NCBI RefSeq assembly: GCF_001194135.2
Contig: NC_068994.1
Coordinates: 9,583,713 to 9,647,259, forward strand
DNA length: 63,547 nt
Source of the DNA: Octopus bimaculoides
Taxonomy: Eukaryota
Reading direction: 5' to 3'
The position numbers and the translations under genes were made by a program. Positions 1-12,725 of the stretch are shown piece by piece. Every line of letters begins with the position of its first letter. Position 1 is the stretch's first letter. The notes below the pieces were generated by a model. It was not told where the DNA came from, did not search any database, and saw only the letters and a program-made list of their open reading frames with translations.

Positions 1-70
1 ATATATATATATATATGGATATAGATATACATATATATATATATGTATGTATATATAGATATTTATACAT

Positions 71-129
<59 letters not shown>

Positions 130-607
130 CGTATGTATATATATATGTACGTATGTATGTATATATAATTTAAGGGTATCCTAACCTCTTGATGGTTGCC
201 TCTGAGGAAATAGAGGTTCAATAGTTAGTATTATTGGAGAATGAAATTCCCTTAAAACAATGGGTATATGCTAAGGCTTTAGTTTATATCCAGTTAAAAG
301 AATAGAAGAAACTAGAATTTAAGATGTTAACAAGTATTTATTTTTAACAAATTGATTGTCTTCGCTTCTTACAACAGTTTCTAATAATACTCAATAATTT
401 AAATTTAAATTTGTACATTAAATTTATATTTACGTGACATGAGAATAATTTCATCAGCAAAAAGAAAAAAGATGTACCATGGGATGTTATATGTGGACCT
501 ATCAATTCATTTCAGCAGACTCAGAAAATTTCACACTCAATTAATTTCGCACACGCATGAATCTAATCTGTTTTTAAATTCATTATTTAGCCTTTCTGTG
601 AATAGTA

Positions 608-1018
608 GGCGCAGGAGTGGATGTGTGGCAAGTAGCTTGATTACCAACCACATGGTTCCGGGTTCAGTCCCACTGCGTGGCACCTTGGGCAAGTGTCTTC
701 TACTATAGCCTCGGGCCGACCAAAGCCTTGTGAGTGGATTTGGTAGACGGAAACTGAAAGAAGCCCGTCGTATATATGTATATATATACATATATGTATG
801 TGTGTTTGTGTGTCTGTGTCCCCCCCCCCCAACCATCGCTTCACAACCGATGCTGGTGTGGCTACGTCCCCGTAACTTAGCGGTTCGGCAAAAGAGACCG
901 ATATAATAAGTACTAGGCTTACAAAGAATAAGTCATGGGGTCGATTTGCTCGACTATAGGCGGTGCTCCTGCATGGCCGCAGTCGAATGACTGAAACAAG
1001 TAAAAGAGTAAAAGAGTA
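608..1018 (+). mobile_element. tRNA-headed SINE, family A, full length
   Basis: Head ggcgcaggagtggatgtgtgg with A-box-like tggatgtgtgg and B-box-like ggttcagtccc. Then a CORE-like ggcaccttgggcaagtgtc, an internal (AT)/(GT) microsatellite, a 3' module (accgatgctggtgtg...cttagcggttcggcaaaagagaccg) and a gtaaaaga-repeat tail. Near-identical copies at 10195, 15340 and 34662. Confidence 0.92.
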
Positions 1019-2834
1019 GAATACACGTCAACCGAGCAGACATCTATTTCCTTTATTAAATAAATTAAGCAATGTAATTAATTTCGACGTTTCTTAATCC
1101 CGAATTATATATCTATTTCCTCTATACTATCTAGAATTGAGCCAATACTGTCTAGAATTAATCGGTGTTTACGCTTGTTTAATGTTCTAGTCAGGTCATA
1201 TTGTGTACATACTAAGAACATGCTTAATGTACAGCGGTTTCCGTTGTATTCCAATTATCACTACAAACTTAGTGTACTGGTCTATTAATTATCATGCGCA
1301 CTGTGTTTATAACTTTGTGCGTATTTGCAGGTGTGTGCGTGTGTGTTTATGTATGTGTGGGTATGTTTGTAGACGTGTGTGTTTGGATGTGTGTGTGTGT
1401 GTGTGTATGTGTGTGTGTGTGTTTGTGTGGGGGTTAAGGAATCTGACAGTTTGCATTCGATTTGCTGCAAATTTGTAAGACACAGAGCTATCTCTGTTTC
1501 TCAGCAAACACACGTAAGCGTATATTCCACCTGCTGTGCTGAGATTCATTTGAACATGAGCAAACTATTAGCAACTGTACATCCCGTATTAAAGATACAT
1601 AAACTTGTTATTCATGACAAATTTCAGATTATCAATACTAAAGTCGCATTCACGACAGAAGCAGTAATAACCCACCAACGTATCTCTTTTTTTTTTTGTA
1701 TCTCATACTCTCCTTAGCTTTTTAACGATAAGCAGTATTTTGTTTACAACGCTATCATATTCTCTCTCGATTGTATCTCACGTAAGTAGATTAGGATGCA
1801 GTTTGCCTTGAAAAATTGAGTAACGTGTTACTGCCTTTCAGAACGCTTTACGTAGATTACATGCCATTCAGATCCACAAGGCGCCCATCACTTGCAAAGG
1901 AAGCGCTTTGTTTACGCAACGTATAACAAAGTTTGCAGATGGGCATTTCTGTTATACTATCACAAAGGTTGCCGAAGTGGTATCTAGATTAGTGACGTAA
2001 AATCCTAAATACATCTATGTAATGAGTGTATTCTGCATTACACTTTAACCTTCCAGCGACCTACAAACAGAGATTAATAGAAAAAAAACTCTTACCGTTC
2101 TCTAATGTATCGATATTATCGACGAAATCTTTGGTGATGATATTTCCATTTTTGGTCCGATTACTGCAACAAGGAAAGGAATATAATCGGAGTATGAAAA
2201 TTGACCTTGTGTTTTCTAGATTCACTTCGTAATAACTTGAATTCCATTTATGGGATTTTCTGCATGTTGCTTCACCGATACCATTGCGAGAGAAATTTGA
2301 TAAACGGATGTATGTTTATGTGAGTGAAAAAGAGAGAAAGACAGAGATAGAGATAGAGATAGAGAGATGGAGAGAGAGCGGGAGAGAGCTATTACTTATA
2401 CTTTAGTGTTTATAGAAGACGTGCCTCGAAGCGAATTCAATTGTAAATGATATCTTATAATATATTATATTAAAAAGATATTGGATGGGAAGCACTAAGC
2501 AAAAGAGTATCTGTGAGTTATTAGTCACGCATTTCCGGTAAACCAGAAAGACATGTTATCATTAAAAGCATACTCTGATCTAAGATTAAGATTGTTTTCA
2601 CTTAGAACACAAATACAGAATTATCGAGAAATATTTAGATAAATATTTATTAACGACGTGTTCAAAGAGAAATCGTCTCTAGATAACAGATAACAGCTTA
2701 TAAAATAATGAATAACCCGTTATTCTTGCAACCCAAACAGACGTTGTTTCAATTATATTAACACAGCCATAAACTTTCATATGTCGAATTTAAAACCTTA
2801 TATGTGAGTACATCTGTGTATATTCATTAACGAA

Positions 2835-3106
2835 CATCCAGCCTGTCTCTGCCAACTTTGTCCGAGCCTGCCGACCACTGATGAGGAAGAACAACGCGCT
2901 GAAGTCTGCCAAGACCTTCGTCAGCGTGACGCTTATGACCCATACTTCATGTCGAAGTTCACCACCGGAGGCGAGAGTTGGGTCTACGAGTACGACCCTG
3001 AGATGAAACAGCAGTCGTCACTGTGGAAGAGCTCTTCATCTCCATGACCGAACAAGGCATGACAGAGCCACAGCTCAATCAAGAGCATATTCATTGTATT
3101 TTTTTT
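2835..3106 (+). mobile_element. Mariner (Tc1/mariner, DD34D-type) transposase fragment, pseudogenised
   Basis: Manual translation: VSANFV, frameshift, then TDEEEQRAEVCQDLRQRDAYDPYFMSKFTTGGESWVYEYDPEMKQQSSLWKSSSSP*PNKA*QSHSSIKSIFIVFF. This matches the mariner motifs WVP(R), TGDESW, YDPETKQQS and MLIVFF. The first catalytic Asp is mutated (TGGE) and there are two in-frame stops. Confidence 0.9.
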
Positions 3107-3160
3107 ATTGTATATGTATATATACATTTTTTGTGTATATATATATATAAACATATGCAT

Positions 3161-3320
3161 ATACGACGGGTTTCTTTCAGTTTCCGTCTACCAAATCCAC
3201 TCACAAGGCTATAGTAGAAGACATAGTGGAAGACACTTGCTCAAGATGCTTCGCAGTGGGACTGAACACGGAACCTTGTGGTTCAGAAACAAGCTTCTTA
3301 CCATACAGCGACGCCTACGC
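3161..3320 (-). mobile_element. SINE family A, 5' half
   Basis: Reverse complement of the family A head and core (acgacgggtttctttcagtttccgtctaccaaatccactcacaaggc...gcagtgggactgaac), with a small internal deletion and a local duplication. Confidence 0.85.
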
Positions 3321-4149
3321 CAATGATGTGTATATATATATATACATACACACAGGTATGTATGATTGTGTATAGAAGAATAATGATAAAATAATATGAT
3401 GAAATGAAAGAACATTAAATATCCATTCTGATTGAAGTAGTACTTTCATGCATTAAACTATGCAATCTTTAGATTCATGTTGTAGTGGTGACAGCTATGT
3501 TTTACAATTTACAATTGTGAACCTGAAGATTGCATATTCTAATGCATGTAAGTAATAGTTCATTCAGAATGTATATTTAATATTCTGTCATTTCATTATA
3601 TTATATTATCTTATATTATATTATTATAAGATTAGAAACGCTTTTATTAATCTGACGGGTTACTTTGCATTTTTGTGGAGTACAAATTTTTCCCTACATA
3701 GGAATATTGCTGACAGTGACTTATGAGATACCCACTTTTGAAAGAGAATTGAAAGAATATTTATAAACAGAGAGCGGACATCTCTGCTTCCATAAAACAC
3801 AAAGGTGAACATCTCTTTATTCCAATCAAATTGCTTATAGAACAATGAAAACCCACAGGGAAACGTACAGACCTGTAACCTCAACATCTAACGAAATCAT
3901 GTTGTGAACATCAAAGCACAAGAGAAATAACGTTTCAACCCAACAACACTAATAACCACCTTCTTTCAAATAAAAACAGGAAATACCGTAAATAACAACG
4001 AAAATGAAAGAAAGTGAACAGCTGAAACATACCCCCTACTTCCAACCTTTTGTGAAAACCTAAAAATCATCCCATTAGAAAAAAGTTGACACACACAGTT
4101 ATTTCGCATATGCATATTTGTTTGCGTGTATATGTGTGTGTATGTGTGT

Positions 4150-4240
4150 GCGTATGCGTGTGTGTGTATGACAACCTTCCATCGCTTGACAATTGGCGTT
4201 CTTTTTACGACCCCGTAACTTAGCGGTTCATCATAAGAGA
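4150..4240 (+). mobile_element. SINE family A, internal fragment
   Basis: ccatcgcttgacaa...ccccgtaacttagcggttc following a (GT)n tract, matching the family A 3' module. Confidence 0.7.
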
Positions 4241-4927
4241 TGAACGTTTACCCTAAAGACTGAGACATGTCAAAGATAAATGATAATTTATGCTTTTAAA
4301 ATAATATCGATTTGAGCCAGTAAAAACATACACTCTATGTGGACAAATGACAAACGATTCAATTTCCTTCGATACATGAAAGCGCATTATAATAATACTG
4401 CGTAATTTTAAAAAGCTGCAATGGCGAATTCATACCGTTTTAAAATATACAATGCATAAAGAATATGCTTTGAATATGTAACTAATCAAGGAAGACGTTT
4501 TGCTCGTTTCAAGAATGTTCTTAATTCGACAAGAATTTTGCATTTGAATTCGATTCATTAAGATTTCTTATATCTCAGTTTGTTATTTTCCCCATGTAAA
4601 TCATTTCCACTTGAAATCGGTCTTTCAGTTTACTCAAGTTTCGAAAACTGTCTTGTTCGTGGTTTACTGTAATTTGGTTGCGAATTAGTACGATGTCAGT
4701 ATTATCTTTTGATATCTCTCTCTGACATATGAAACTATCGCTTACTGATTTCAAATGTTCGGTAAAAATCAGAATTAATGAGAAGATTTAAGATTCACTA
4801 ACGCGCTTAATGTCGTATTTCAAATATGTTTCTTGAATATAAATTACTAATGCAAATTTGCAGTGACGTAAGATTAGCAAAACTTATATATCTGAACATT
4901 ATTGTCATTGTTGTGGTTGTCGTTGCT

Positions 4928-5045
4928 GTTGGCGAGCTAGCAGAATCATATGCACACCAGACAAAAGGATTCATCCGTCCTCATGTTTTAAGCTCAAATT
5001 CCGCTGTAGTGGAGCTTGAATGTAATCGACCAGGACGGTTCATCA
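4928..5045 (+). mobile_element. tRNA-headed SINE, family C, degenerate
   Basis: ggcgagctagcagaatc head and gctcaaattccgc B-box, matching the family C copies at 49176 and 49392. Confidence 0.6.
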
Positions 5046-5137
5046 AAATTTTAGGTCTTGTGACCATAGTAGACAGGTTTATTGTTGTAATTATTGTTGC
5101 AGCTATTGTTGATGTTGCTGGTGTTGTTATTGTTGGT

Positions 5138-5342
5138 AGTGGTGAGCTAACAGAACCGTTAGCACTCCGAACAACATTCTTAACGGCATTTCGTCTGTCT
5201 CTAAGTACTCGGTTCACAATCCGCCAAGTTCTACTTTGCTTTTCATGCTGTTGTGTTCGATAAAATAAGTACCAGTCAGGCACTGGGAGCGAACCCTTCA
5301 CCCCGAAATGTTTTTGTCTTCGGGCCAAAATTTGAAAGCATT
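5138..5342 (+). mobile_element. SINE family C, near full length, diverged
   Basis: ggtgagctaacagaaccgttagcac head, cgataaaataagtaccagtc core and gggccaaaatttgaaa tail. Confidence 0.8.
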
Positions 5343-5584
5343 AATGATGTTCTTTTTGTTGCTATGGTTATTATTATTATTTTAATTATAATTATTATTA
5401 TGTTTTTTTTTCTTCTTTCTTCAAATTTTCTTCCATTTCTCGCCGAGTGTTTTCCATACACCCAGGGCAGAGAAGCTCATTGTATGCATTCCAGGTTTAC
5501 ACACGCAAATTCACAGGTAAAATATGTATTTAAAAAGAAAATTAATAAATAGATAAATTCATGAATGGATGTTGTTTTCACAGT

Positions 5585-5960
5585 AATAATGCTCTTCCCA
5601 GTACATGAGACGTTCCAGTTAACACGATTTTTTTGCACTTCCTGTAGGGATGGTAAGCCTGGTATCATTTTCAAATAGGTTTCAGTACCATTTTTTAAAT
5701 CATTCCTAGAGATCCTAAAATCACTGGTATGGTAGTCGCCTTGAGGTGCCACATTTTTTCAATTTCTATTAGCAAGTCTTTATGTTTACTGATCTTGTCA
5801 AATCCTTGCGACATTTTAACGCAGTCCTCCTCTCTAAGTGATCCGTCCTCACAGAACAAGTGTTCTCGAAGATTGAGCATTTGACATCCAGAATGCTACC
5901 GGTAATTTGTAGCACTATACAGGCTGTCACTCTGAAGCCACATTTTCATGGAGCATTACT
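5585..5960 (-). mobile_element. R4/Dong-like (restriction-like endonuclease) non-LTR retrotransposon, 3' ORF fragment
   Basis: Minus-strand translation KISKHKDLLIEIEKMWHLKATTIPVILGSLGMI, frameshift, KNGTETYLKMIPGLPSLQEVQKIVLTGTSHVL. This is the typical C-terminus of RLE LINEs (KYxDLxxEIxxMW...IPVxxGALG...LQKxVLxGT). An upstream HSGCQML resembles a decayed CCHC region. Confidence 0.85.
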
Positions 5961-6049
5961 TAAGGTTATGAGGGATGATAATCAATGATCTACCCTTGGC
6001 ATCGACGAGAATTGTCAGAGTAATCTCTTGATAAGTTGTTTAAGGTTGT

Positions 6050-6170
6050 GGACAATATATAGCTCTCAAAATTCCTGGCTTGGCTCTGCTACAACTGATA
6101 TTACATACTCGAGACAATCAAGCAATCGCTTTAGCTCCAAGCACCAACAATCGAAATTATCCTAAATGCG
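6050..6170 (-). mobile_element. Second, highly decayed RLE-LINE 3' fragment
   Basis: Minus strand gives IISIVGAW (compare PIVIGALG) and A-RNF/ILRAI-like residues; heavily mutated. Confidence 0.35.
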
Positions 6171-6297
6171 TTAAAATGGGAGGTCAACGCATATCATATT
6201 AACTCTCCTTGCTTAGGGATAAATCTGGGTAACCAGCATATTTATTCTTGAGACTGACGCGCCACCATTTTTATGACAAAGAATGGGTCTGCTTGGT

Positions 6298-6400
6298 GTC
6301 TTCTTCTTATTATTATTACTATCATCATTATCATTACAATTACTACTACTACCGACACCACAACCACCACCGCTACCAACACCACAACCACCACCACCAA

Positions 6401-6465
<65 letters not shown>
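6298..6465. repeat. Compound trinucleotide microsatellite (TTA/TCA/TAC/CAC/CAA then (AAT)n)
   Basis: Directly visible. It explains the poly-N, poly-I and poly-T ORFs at 6248 and 6273. Confidence 0.97.
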
Positions 6466-6467
<2 letters not shown>

Positions 6468-6474
6468 GCGAATG

Positions 6475-6826
6475 ACAGCGAAACGGGCTGATTACTACCT
6501 AGCTCAGATACCAGGAAACCCCAAAATGGCTGAAGTTCAAAAGATAGTGCTCATGTGAACTGTCCATATCCTACGTAAAATACTGTCTATGTGATCTCAA
6601 ATTTTAAAGCTAACATATAATTTTCTTATGGTTTCTTAAATATTCACTAGAACAAAACTGTACAAATCCAAATATATGGTACCCTAGGCATAACACCTAC
6701 ATGAACTTCTAACTTGTTGTCTCTTGAGGTCTCTGGGTGAGACTTGGATCCAACTTGTACAAATGCAAAACAAAAGTCAAACATAAAATAATAATAATAA
6801 TAATAATAATGTTAATGATAATAATA
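6475..6826 (+). mobile_element. R4/Dong-like LINE, 5'-truncated 3' end with 3' UTR and (TAA)n tail
   Basis: Frame from 6481: KRADYYLAQIPGNPKMAEVQKIVLM*TVHILRKILSM*, the RLE-LINE terminal motif (QKxVLxGTxHILRKxL). About 190 nt of UTR follow, then (AAT)n. Confidence 0.85.
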
Positions 6827-7559
6827 CCATTGAATTATAAATTTCACGTAAACACTATGGCCGTATAGATCGTTAAATTTTAGTGTATGTTATGCATTGT
6901 TACTGTTCATGTTATCTATTACTATCGTGATTAAGTGCTGCTGTGATGGTGATATCGTAATCACACTAGCTATTATTGTTATTAATATAATCATTAAGCT
7001 GCTATTATTCTCAACAATGATGTTGATTAATACCACAGCTGTACAATTCGAAGGGAAAGTGTATTATAAATACAAATCACGCATAATTCACAACAGTATT
7101 ATTTCATACAATTGTCAACTAATAACATACAATGAACGACACGGCATATATTTTGCACAATAATAATTAAATAATACGATAAACAATGTATAAAATTCGA
7201 CAAACAACCTATGCAACAAAGCGTATTTGATATTGATACAATGAAGAATCTTCAAAATGAAAGGGAGATGACGTGTACAACAGAAGGAGTAAATACAACA
7301 CGTGTTACTGTTGTAACACGCAACTGTGGCTCCACCTCATCTACAGATCGTACCCTCGTGTAATTTGACCGTTTCACCCTTGTGACACCACTGCACACCA
7401 TGGACTTATCACTTTAGATGATAGGCGGCACGCCCACCGAATATTTCTGGTTAATTTTTGCTTCACTCACCGACAAGCAATGTCTTACCGCGGTGCTAAG
7501 CGCTTCAGCGTGCTCGGTATGAGACACTTTGACGGCATCATGATTCACATGTATCGATA

Positions 7560-7760
7560 ATGATCGCTGAAATCTAATCGGTAGGAAATACTCCCCAATG
7601 TCTTTAGTTCCAAAAGTGCCTATTGCTATCATTCTCTTACAGTCTTCCAGCATTCCATTTTAAATGAATGTCTCCTGGTATCTGTTTGCCCTCTGTCCAG
7701 CAATATTAATCTCCTGCCCAATCGTTTCCACCTCGTCATAATGTTTACAGAGCACATTTG
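7560..7760 (-). mobile_element. Possible decayed RT-domain fragment of an R4-type LINE
   Basis: MLEDCKR and GTKD peptides resemble the R4-clade RT segment RGTKDQLLIDKMILEDCKR, but their order and flanks are scrambled. Confidence 0.3.
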
Positions 7761-8004
7761 GTCTTCTGATTTGTTTCAAGTCCATGAGGCTTTTTTAATT
7801 TTCTGAGATCTCTTCTCCACGTGTTCTTTGTCACTGCAGTATTGCTCACACATACCTACTGCAATACAGGAGGAACAACGAACGATGGATTAGTATCGTT
7901 GGCAATACGCGTGATTGACTCTCTTTCAGTCTGTAATACTGGTTTTAAATTTCGGCACTGTGGTATTAGTTATTATTTTTACTACTGATGGTTATTTCCA
8001 TTAC

Positions 8005-8052
8005 CTCACCAGCCAGTCGGAAACGAGACTCACCAGCCAATCGAAAACGAGG
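8005..8052. repeat. 24-bp tandem duplication
   Basis: ctcaccagccagtcggaaacgaga followed by ctcaccagccaatcgaaaacgagg (21/24 identical). Confidence 0.85.
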
Positions 8053-8239
8053 CATTGGAATGATACTCAAACATGGCTCACTCCTAATCAGCTACGTCCA
8101 CGACAAAAACAAATAATGACGGATACAATACCTTCGTTCATAGAAGAATAAAACCTATTTACGGCCAATCATTTCCAGTCAACTGTATTCAACAACCTCA
8201 ACAGAATTACTACAGGTACAGGTTCAGCAATTTCTGAAT

Positions 8240-8352
8240 CTAATTTTATCGACCGTGGAAGAAGAAAAAGCACAGTCAACCTCAGCGGAATGTTAACTAA
8301 GAATGTAAAGGTGGACGAAATACTACTAAGCATATTTCTGCCAGCTCGGTGA
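8240..8352 (-). mobile_element. SINE family C, degenerate fragment
   Basis: ttttatcgacc...agtcaacctcagcggaa...gacgaaatac...ctgccagctcg is the reverse complement of the family C head and core. Confidence 0.7.
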
Positions 8353-9356
8353 CTTCTCTGTTTCTAATACTGAGTACAAGAATAAGGCCAGAAGATAACT
8401 TGAAAATTACTGCACATTTTGCGGCTGAGATGACTTGAAAACCGGTCAGACATTTCTTGTAACTCAATCATACGTGATTAAATAACCTTTTCCCGGCATG
8501 TCCTGGAGGATCATTCCCCGATACTTCTTTCAAGACATTTGAAAACGCCATTTCTGGAAAATTTGTCAGGTCACTAAACGCTATGCATACCGTCCCAGAC
8601 ATACAAATGTGACTTATATGTCATGATCTTCTGAAACATGCTTTCTTTTAAGAAATTCTTCATGTCTGGACCCTCCCCTTGACTTGAACACTGCAAATGC
8701 TATTCCTGTCTCCAATGTCATTAATAGGTTAAAACATTCACACTTCAAATATTACGTCTTCTTGTTGATGTTGTTGTTTTTGGTATTTTTATTGATTATT
8801 GTTTTGTTCAAAATATTGCTTCTTGCTAAAAGCAAAAAAGTCATTTTCTCTTCGTTCATTAAATACAATTTGTTATGATACCCTTTTTGATAAGTTTATT
8901 TATTTTATTTTAATTTCTTATTTTATTCCGTACCTAAATATCAATATTGACTATTTTCCTTTCATTGCTGGCTGAGCTGGCATTTTTGCAAAAGTAAAAT
9001 CTACGAATAGAAAACAAAATGTTAAAATGACAATTGTTTATTTTATTTATTTTCGTATGAAATAAATTCAATGGCACTCAGGAAGTTATGATTGTAAATA
9101 CGCGGAATAAAAAAAAAAAACAAAATGAAAACATTTTCATTTACTTTGATCTTCTGAAATGTCCATAATCATCAGAGTTCGTGAAAAGGTGTCTTGGTGT
9201 AGCAAACTGCAAATATTATTAACAACAAACGCAATACCTAGTAAAAACTAGAGTTCTAATGCTCATAGTCACAAAATATGAAATTAAAAATAACAATATA
9301 TTTATTTGGGATAGTGATGAAAACAGCTAAACCAACTGTTTTCACCGAAGTCGAAC

Positions 9357-9389
<33 letters not shown>

Positions 9390-10194
9390 TACACACACAC
9401 ACACACACCATACACACACACNNNNNNNNNNNNNNNNNNNNNNNNNNNNNNNNNNNNNNNNNNNNNNNNNNNNNNNNNNNNNNNNNNNNNNNNNNNNNNN
9501 NNNNNNNNNNNNNNNNNNNNNNNNNNNNNNNNNNNNNNNNNNNNNNNNNNNNNNNNNNNNNNNNNNNNNNNNNNNNNNNNNNNNNNNNNNNNNNNNNNNN
9601 NNNNNNNNNNNNNNNNNNNNNNNNNNNNNNNNNNNNNNNNNNNNNNNNNNNNNNNNNNNNNNNNNNNNNNNNNNNNNNNNNNNNNNNNNNNNNNNNNNNN
9701 NNNNNNNNNNNNNNNNNNNNNNNNNNNNNNNNNNNNNNNNNNNNNNNNNNNNNNNNNNNNNNNNNNNNNNNNNNNNNNNNNNNNNNNNNNNNNNNNNNNN
9801 NNNNNNNNNNNNNNNNNNNNNNNNNNNNNNNNNNNNNNNNNNNNNNNNNNNNNNNNNNNNNNNNNNNNNNNNNNNNNNNNNNNNNNNNNNNNNNNNNNNN
9901 NNNNNNNNNNNNNNNNNNNNNNNNNNNNNNNNNNNNNNNNNNNNNNNNNNNNNNNNNNNNNNNNNNNNNNNNNNNNNNNNNNNNNNNNNNNNNNNNNNNN
10001 NNNNNNNNNNNNNNNNNNNNNNNNNNNNNNNNNNNNNNNNNNNNNNNNNNNNNNNNNNNNNNNNNNNNNNNNNNNNNNNNNNNNNNNNNNNNNNNNNNNN
10101 NNNNNNNNNNNNNNNNNNNNNNNNNNNNNNNNNNNNNNNNNNNNNNNNNNNNNNNNNNNNNNNNNNNNNNNNNNNNNNNNNNNNNNNNNNNNNN

Positions 10195-10550
10195 GGAGCA
10201 CCGCCTTTAGTCGAGCAAATCGACCCCAGGACTTATTCTTTAGAAGCCTAGTACTTATTCTATCGGTCTCTTTTGCCGAACCGCTAAGTTACGGGGACAT
10301 AAACACACCAGCATCGGTTGTCAAGCGATGTTGGGGGGACAAACACAGACACACAAACACATACACACATACATATGTATATACATATATACGACGGGCT
10401 TCTTTCAGTTTCCGTCTACCAAATCCACTCACAAGGCTTTGGTCGGCCCGAGGCTATAGTAGAAGACACTTGCCCAAGATGCCACGCAGTGGGACTGAAC
10501 AACGGGACCATGTGGTTGGTAAGCAAGCTACTTACCACACAGCCACTCCT
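10195..10550 (-). mobile_element. SINE family A, near full length
   Basis: High-identity reverse complement of 608-1018; the extreme 3' tail is lost in the adjacent gap. Confidence 0.93.
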
Positions 10551-10555
10551 AATGG

Positions 10556-10686
10556 TCTACGTTCAGTTTTTATCTACCAAATTCACCCACAATTTCATGG
10601 TCGGCCCAAGGCTATCGTAGAAAACACTTGCCCAGGAGCCATGTGAGTGGGAAGCAAACTTCTTACCACTCAGCCACTCCTGCGCA
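10556..10686 (-). mobile_element. SINE family A, older 5' fragment abutting the previous copy
   Basis: tctaccaaattcacccacaa...ggtcggcccaaggctatcgtagaaaacacttgcccagg...cttaccactcagccactcctgcgc. Confidence 0.8.
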
Positions 10687-11073
10687 TATAACAAAATATA
10701 CATGCCTATATGTGTTTGTATTCATAGAGATATATGTGTGTGTGTGTGTGTGTGTGTGGCTGTGCATATCTGTGCGAATCGGGTTAAGTGAAAACTCTAT
10801 TTAAGTATATATGCAAAGATGCACAAATAGATCTAGTAACTAACAATCCTTAATTCTATATTTGTGTAGTTTACGTACCTGAAGCAATGAATGTCACATT
10901 ATATCTGCCAATACAGTTATTGCTATTAATTTCCACCGACGACCACTCATTGATTCTTTAGACTAGAAAACATACAACCAAATTACATATACACACACAG
11001 GTACACACATATACGCATGCATGCATATACATATGTAGGAGTATTTTCTGAATTAATTGTACGTATATCTATA

Positions 11074-11124
<51 letters not shown>

Positions 11125-12239
11125 NNNNNNNNNNNNNNNNNNNNNNNNNNNNNNNNNNNNNNNNNNNNNNNNNNNNNNNNNNNNNNNNNNNNNNNNNNNN
11201 NNNNNNNNNNNNNNNNNNNNNNNNNNNNNNNNNNNNNNNNNNNNNNNNNNNNNNNNNNNNNNNNNNNNNNNNNNNNNNNNNNNNNNNNNNNNNNNNNNNN
11301 NNNNNNNNNNNNNNNNNNNNNNNNNNNNNNNNNNNNNNNNNNNNNNNNNNNNNNNNNNNNNNNNNNNNNNNNNNNNNNNNNNNNNNNNNNNNNNNNNNNN
11401 NNNNNNNNNNNNNNNNNNNNNNNNNNNNNNNNNNNNNNNNNNNNNNNNNNNNNNNNNNNNNNNNNNNNNNNNNNNNNNNNNNNNNNNNNNNNNNNNNNNN
11501 NNNNNNNNNNNNNNNNNNNNNNNNNNNNNNNNNNNNNNNNNNNNNNNNNNNNNNNNNNNNNNNNNNNNNNNNNNNNNNNNNNNNNNNNNNNNNNNNNNNN
11601 NNNNNNNNNNNNNNNNNNNNNNNNNNNNNNNNNNNNNNNNNNNNNNNNNNNNNNNNNNNNNNNNNNNNNNNNATATATATATATATATATAATATATATA
11701 TGTACATATATATGAGAAGCGTAAGCAAATTTTTGTACATTCATATACATTGTATAAACAGACATTTCTTCTAAAAGAAAAACGAAAAAGAAAATAAAGA
11801 ACCGGAAATAATTGCTATAGTAAAAAATAGTTCTTTTTTTTTCTCGTCTTTTTTTATTAATGGTTTATTTGATGGACACACAATTGACTGACAAATAAAA
11901 TCATATCACAAACATTAGGATGGTTTGTTTGGTCTGTAGATACAGAGAACAGTGCTGTGATGTTGATTATTAGCTTTAGCGGTTTTGTGTTAGTTGGGAT
12001 GATTTTTTTTTTCTGTTATGTCATTTCTTTGACTTATTATGTCGGAGACAATTACAATATCTCTTCAGCGGGGTTGATTGTGTGCTTGTGTATGTTTCTC
12101 TGTATGTAGTTGGTGTGTATATATATATATACGTTCTTATCTATAAATAGATAGTTACATTTACACATATTTATAATTATACGTGTATATACAAATATAT
12201 AATTATATTTCACACATACATATTCATACATTTATGCAT

Positions 12240-12350
12240 AGATAGATAGATACATACATACATAGATACATAGATACATAGATATAAAGGTGCATTCGTA
12301 GGTAAGTAGGTAGGTAGGTAGGTAGGTGGGTAGGTAGGTGCGTATATGTA
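12240..12350. repeat. Compound tetranucleotide microsatellite (GATA/CATA/GGTA)
   Basis: Directly visible. Confidence 0.9.
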
Positions 12351-12634
12351 TATGTACAGATATAGATATGATAGTTATGTACACATAAATATATATTTGT
12401 GCGGTTGCCTAAAACCGTGTGTATGTTTGTACGTTTTAATATCTGTTTGTGTGTCTGAGCGATTCCTTACACATATGAATACGTACGATTTTTTTACCAT
12501 CACTTTTTATGTATTCAACAAACTGTATTTGCTTCGTAATCATTCACACTTAGTTTCACTTTCATTGAATACATCCCCATGTATGTATGCATGTATATAT
12601 GTGTGTATGTGTGTGTGTATATCAATATTCAATT

Positions 12635-12725
12635 GTATATCAAGATTCCATGACAATAGAGAAAGAGCCGGTTTCAAACCTAGATCCAAGGTTTATTGGA
12701 ATTTCCACATCAGTAGAATATGGAT
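12635..12725 (+). repeat. Unclassified dispersed repeat, copy 1
   Basis: caatagagaaagagccggtttcaaacctag...atttccacatca is shared with 17370-17445. Confidence 0.6.

Noticed and set aside
7301-7320. Perfect 8-bp hairpin cgtgttac-tgtt-gtaacacg (a similar tgtt-loop hairpin is at 26132-26161)
   Set aside because: Short stems are expected by chance, and there is no downstream CTRR to support a Helitron end.
8600-8690. DLLKHAFFKK peptide resembling a kinase-domain end
   Set aside because: In-frame TGA four codons upstream with no acceptor in between, and a stop shortly after.
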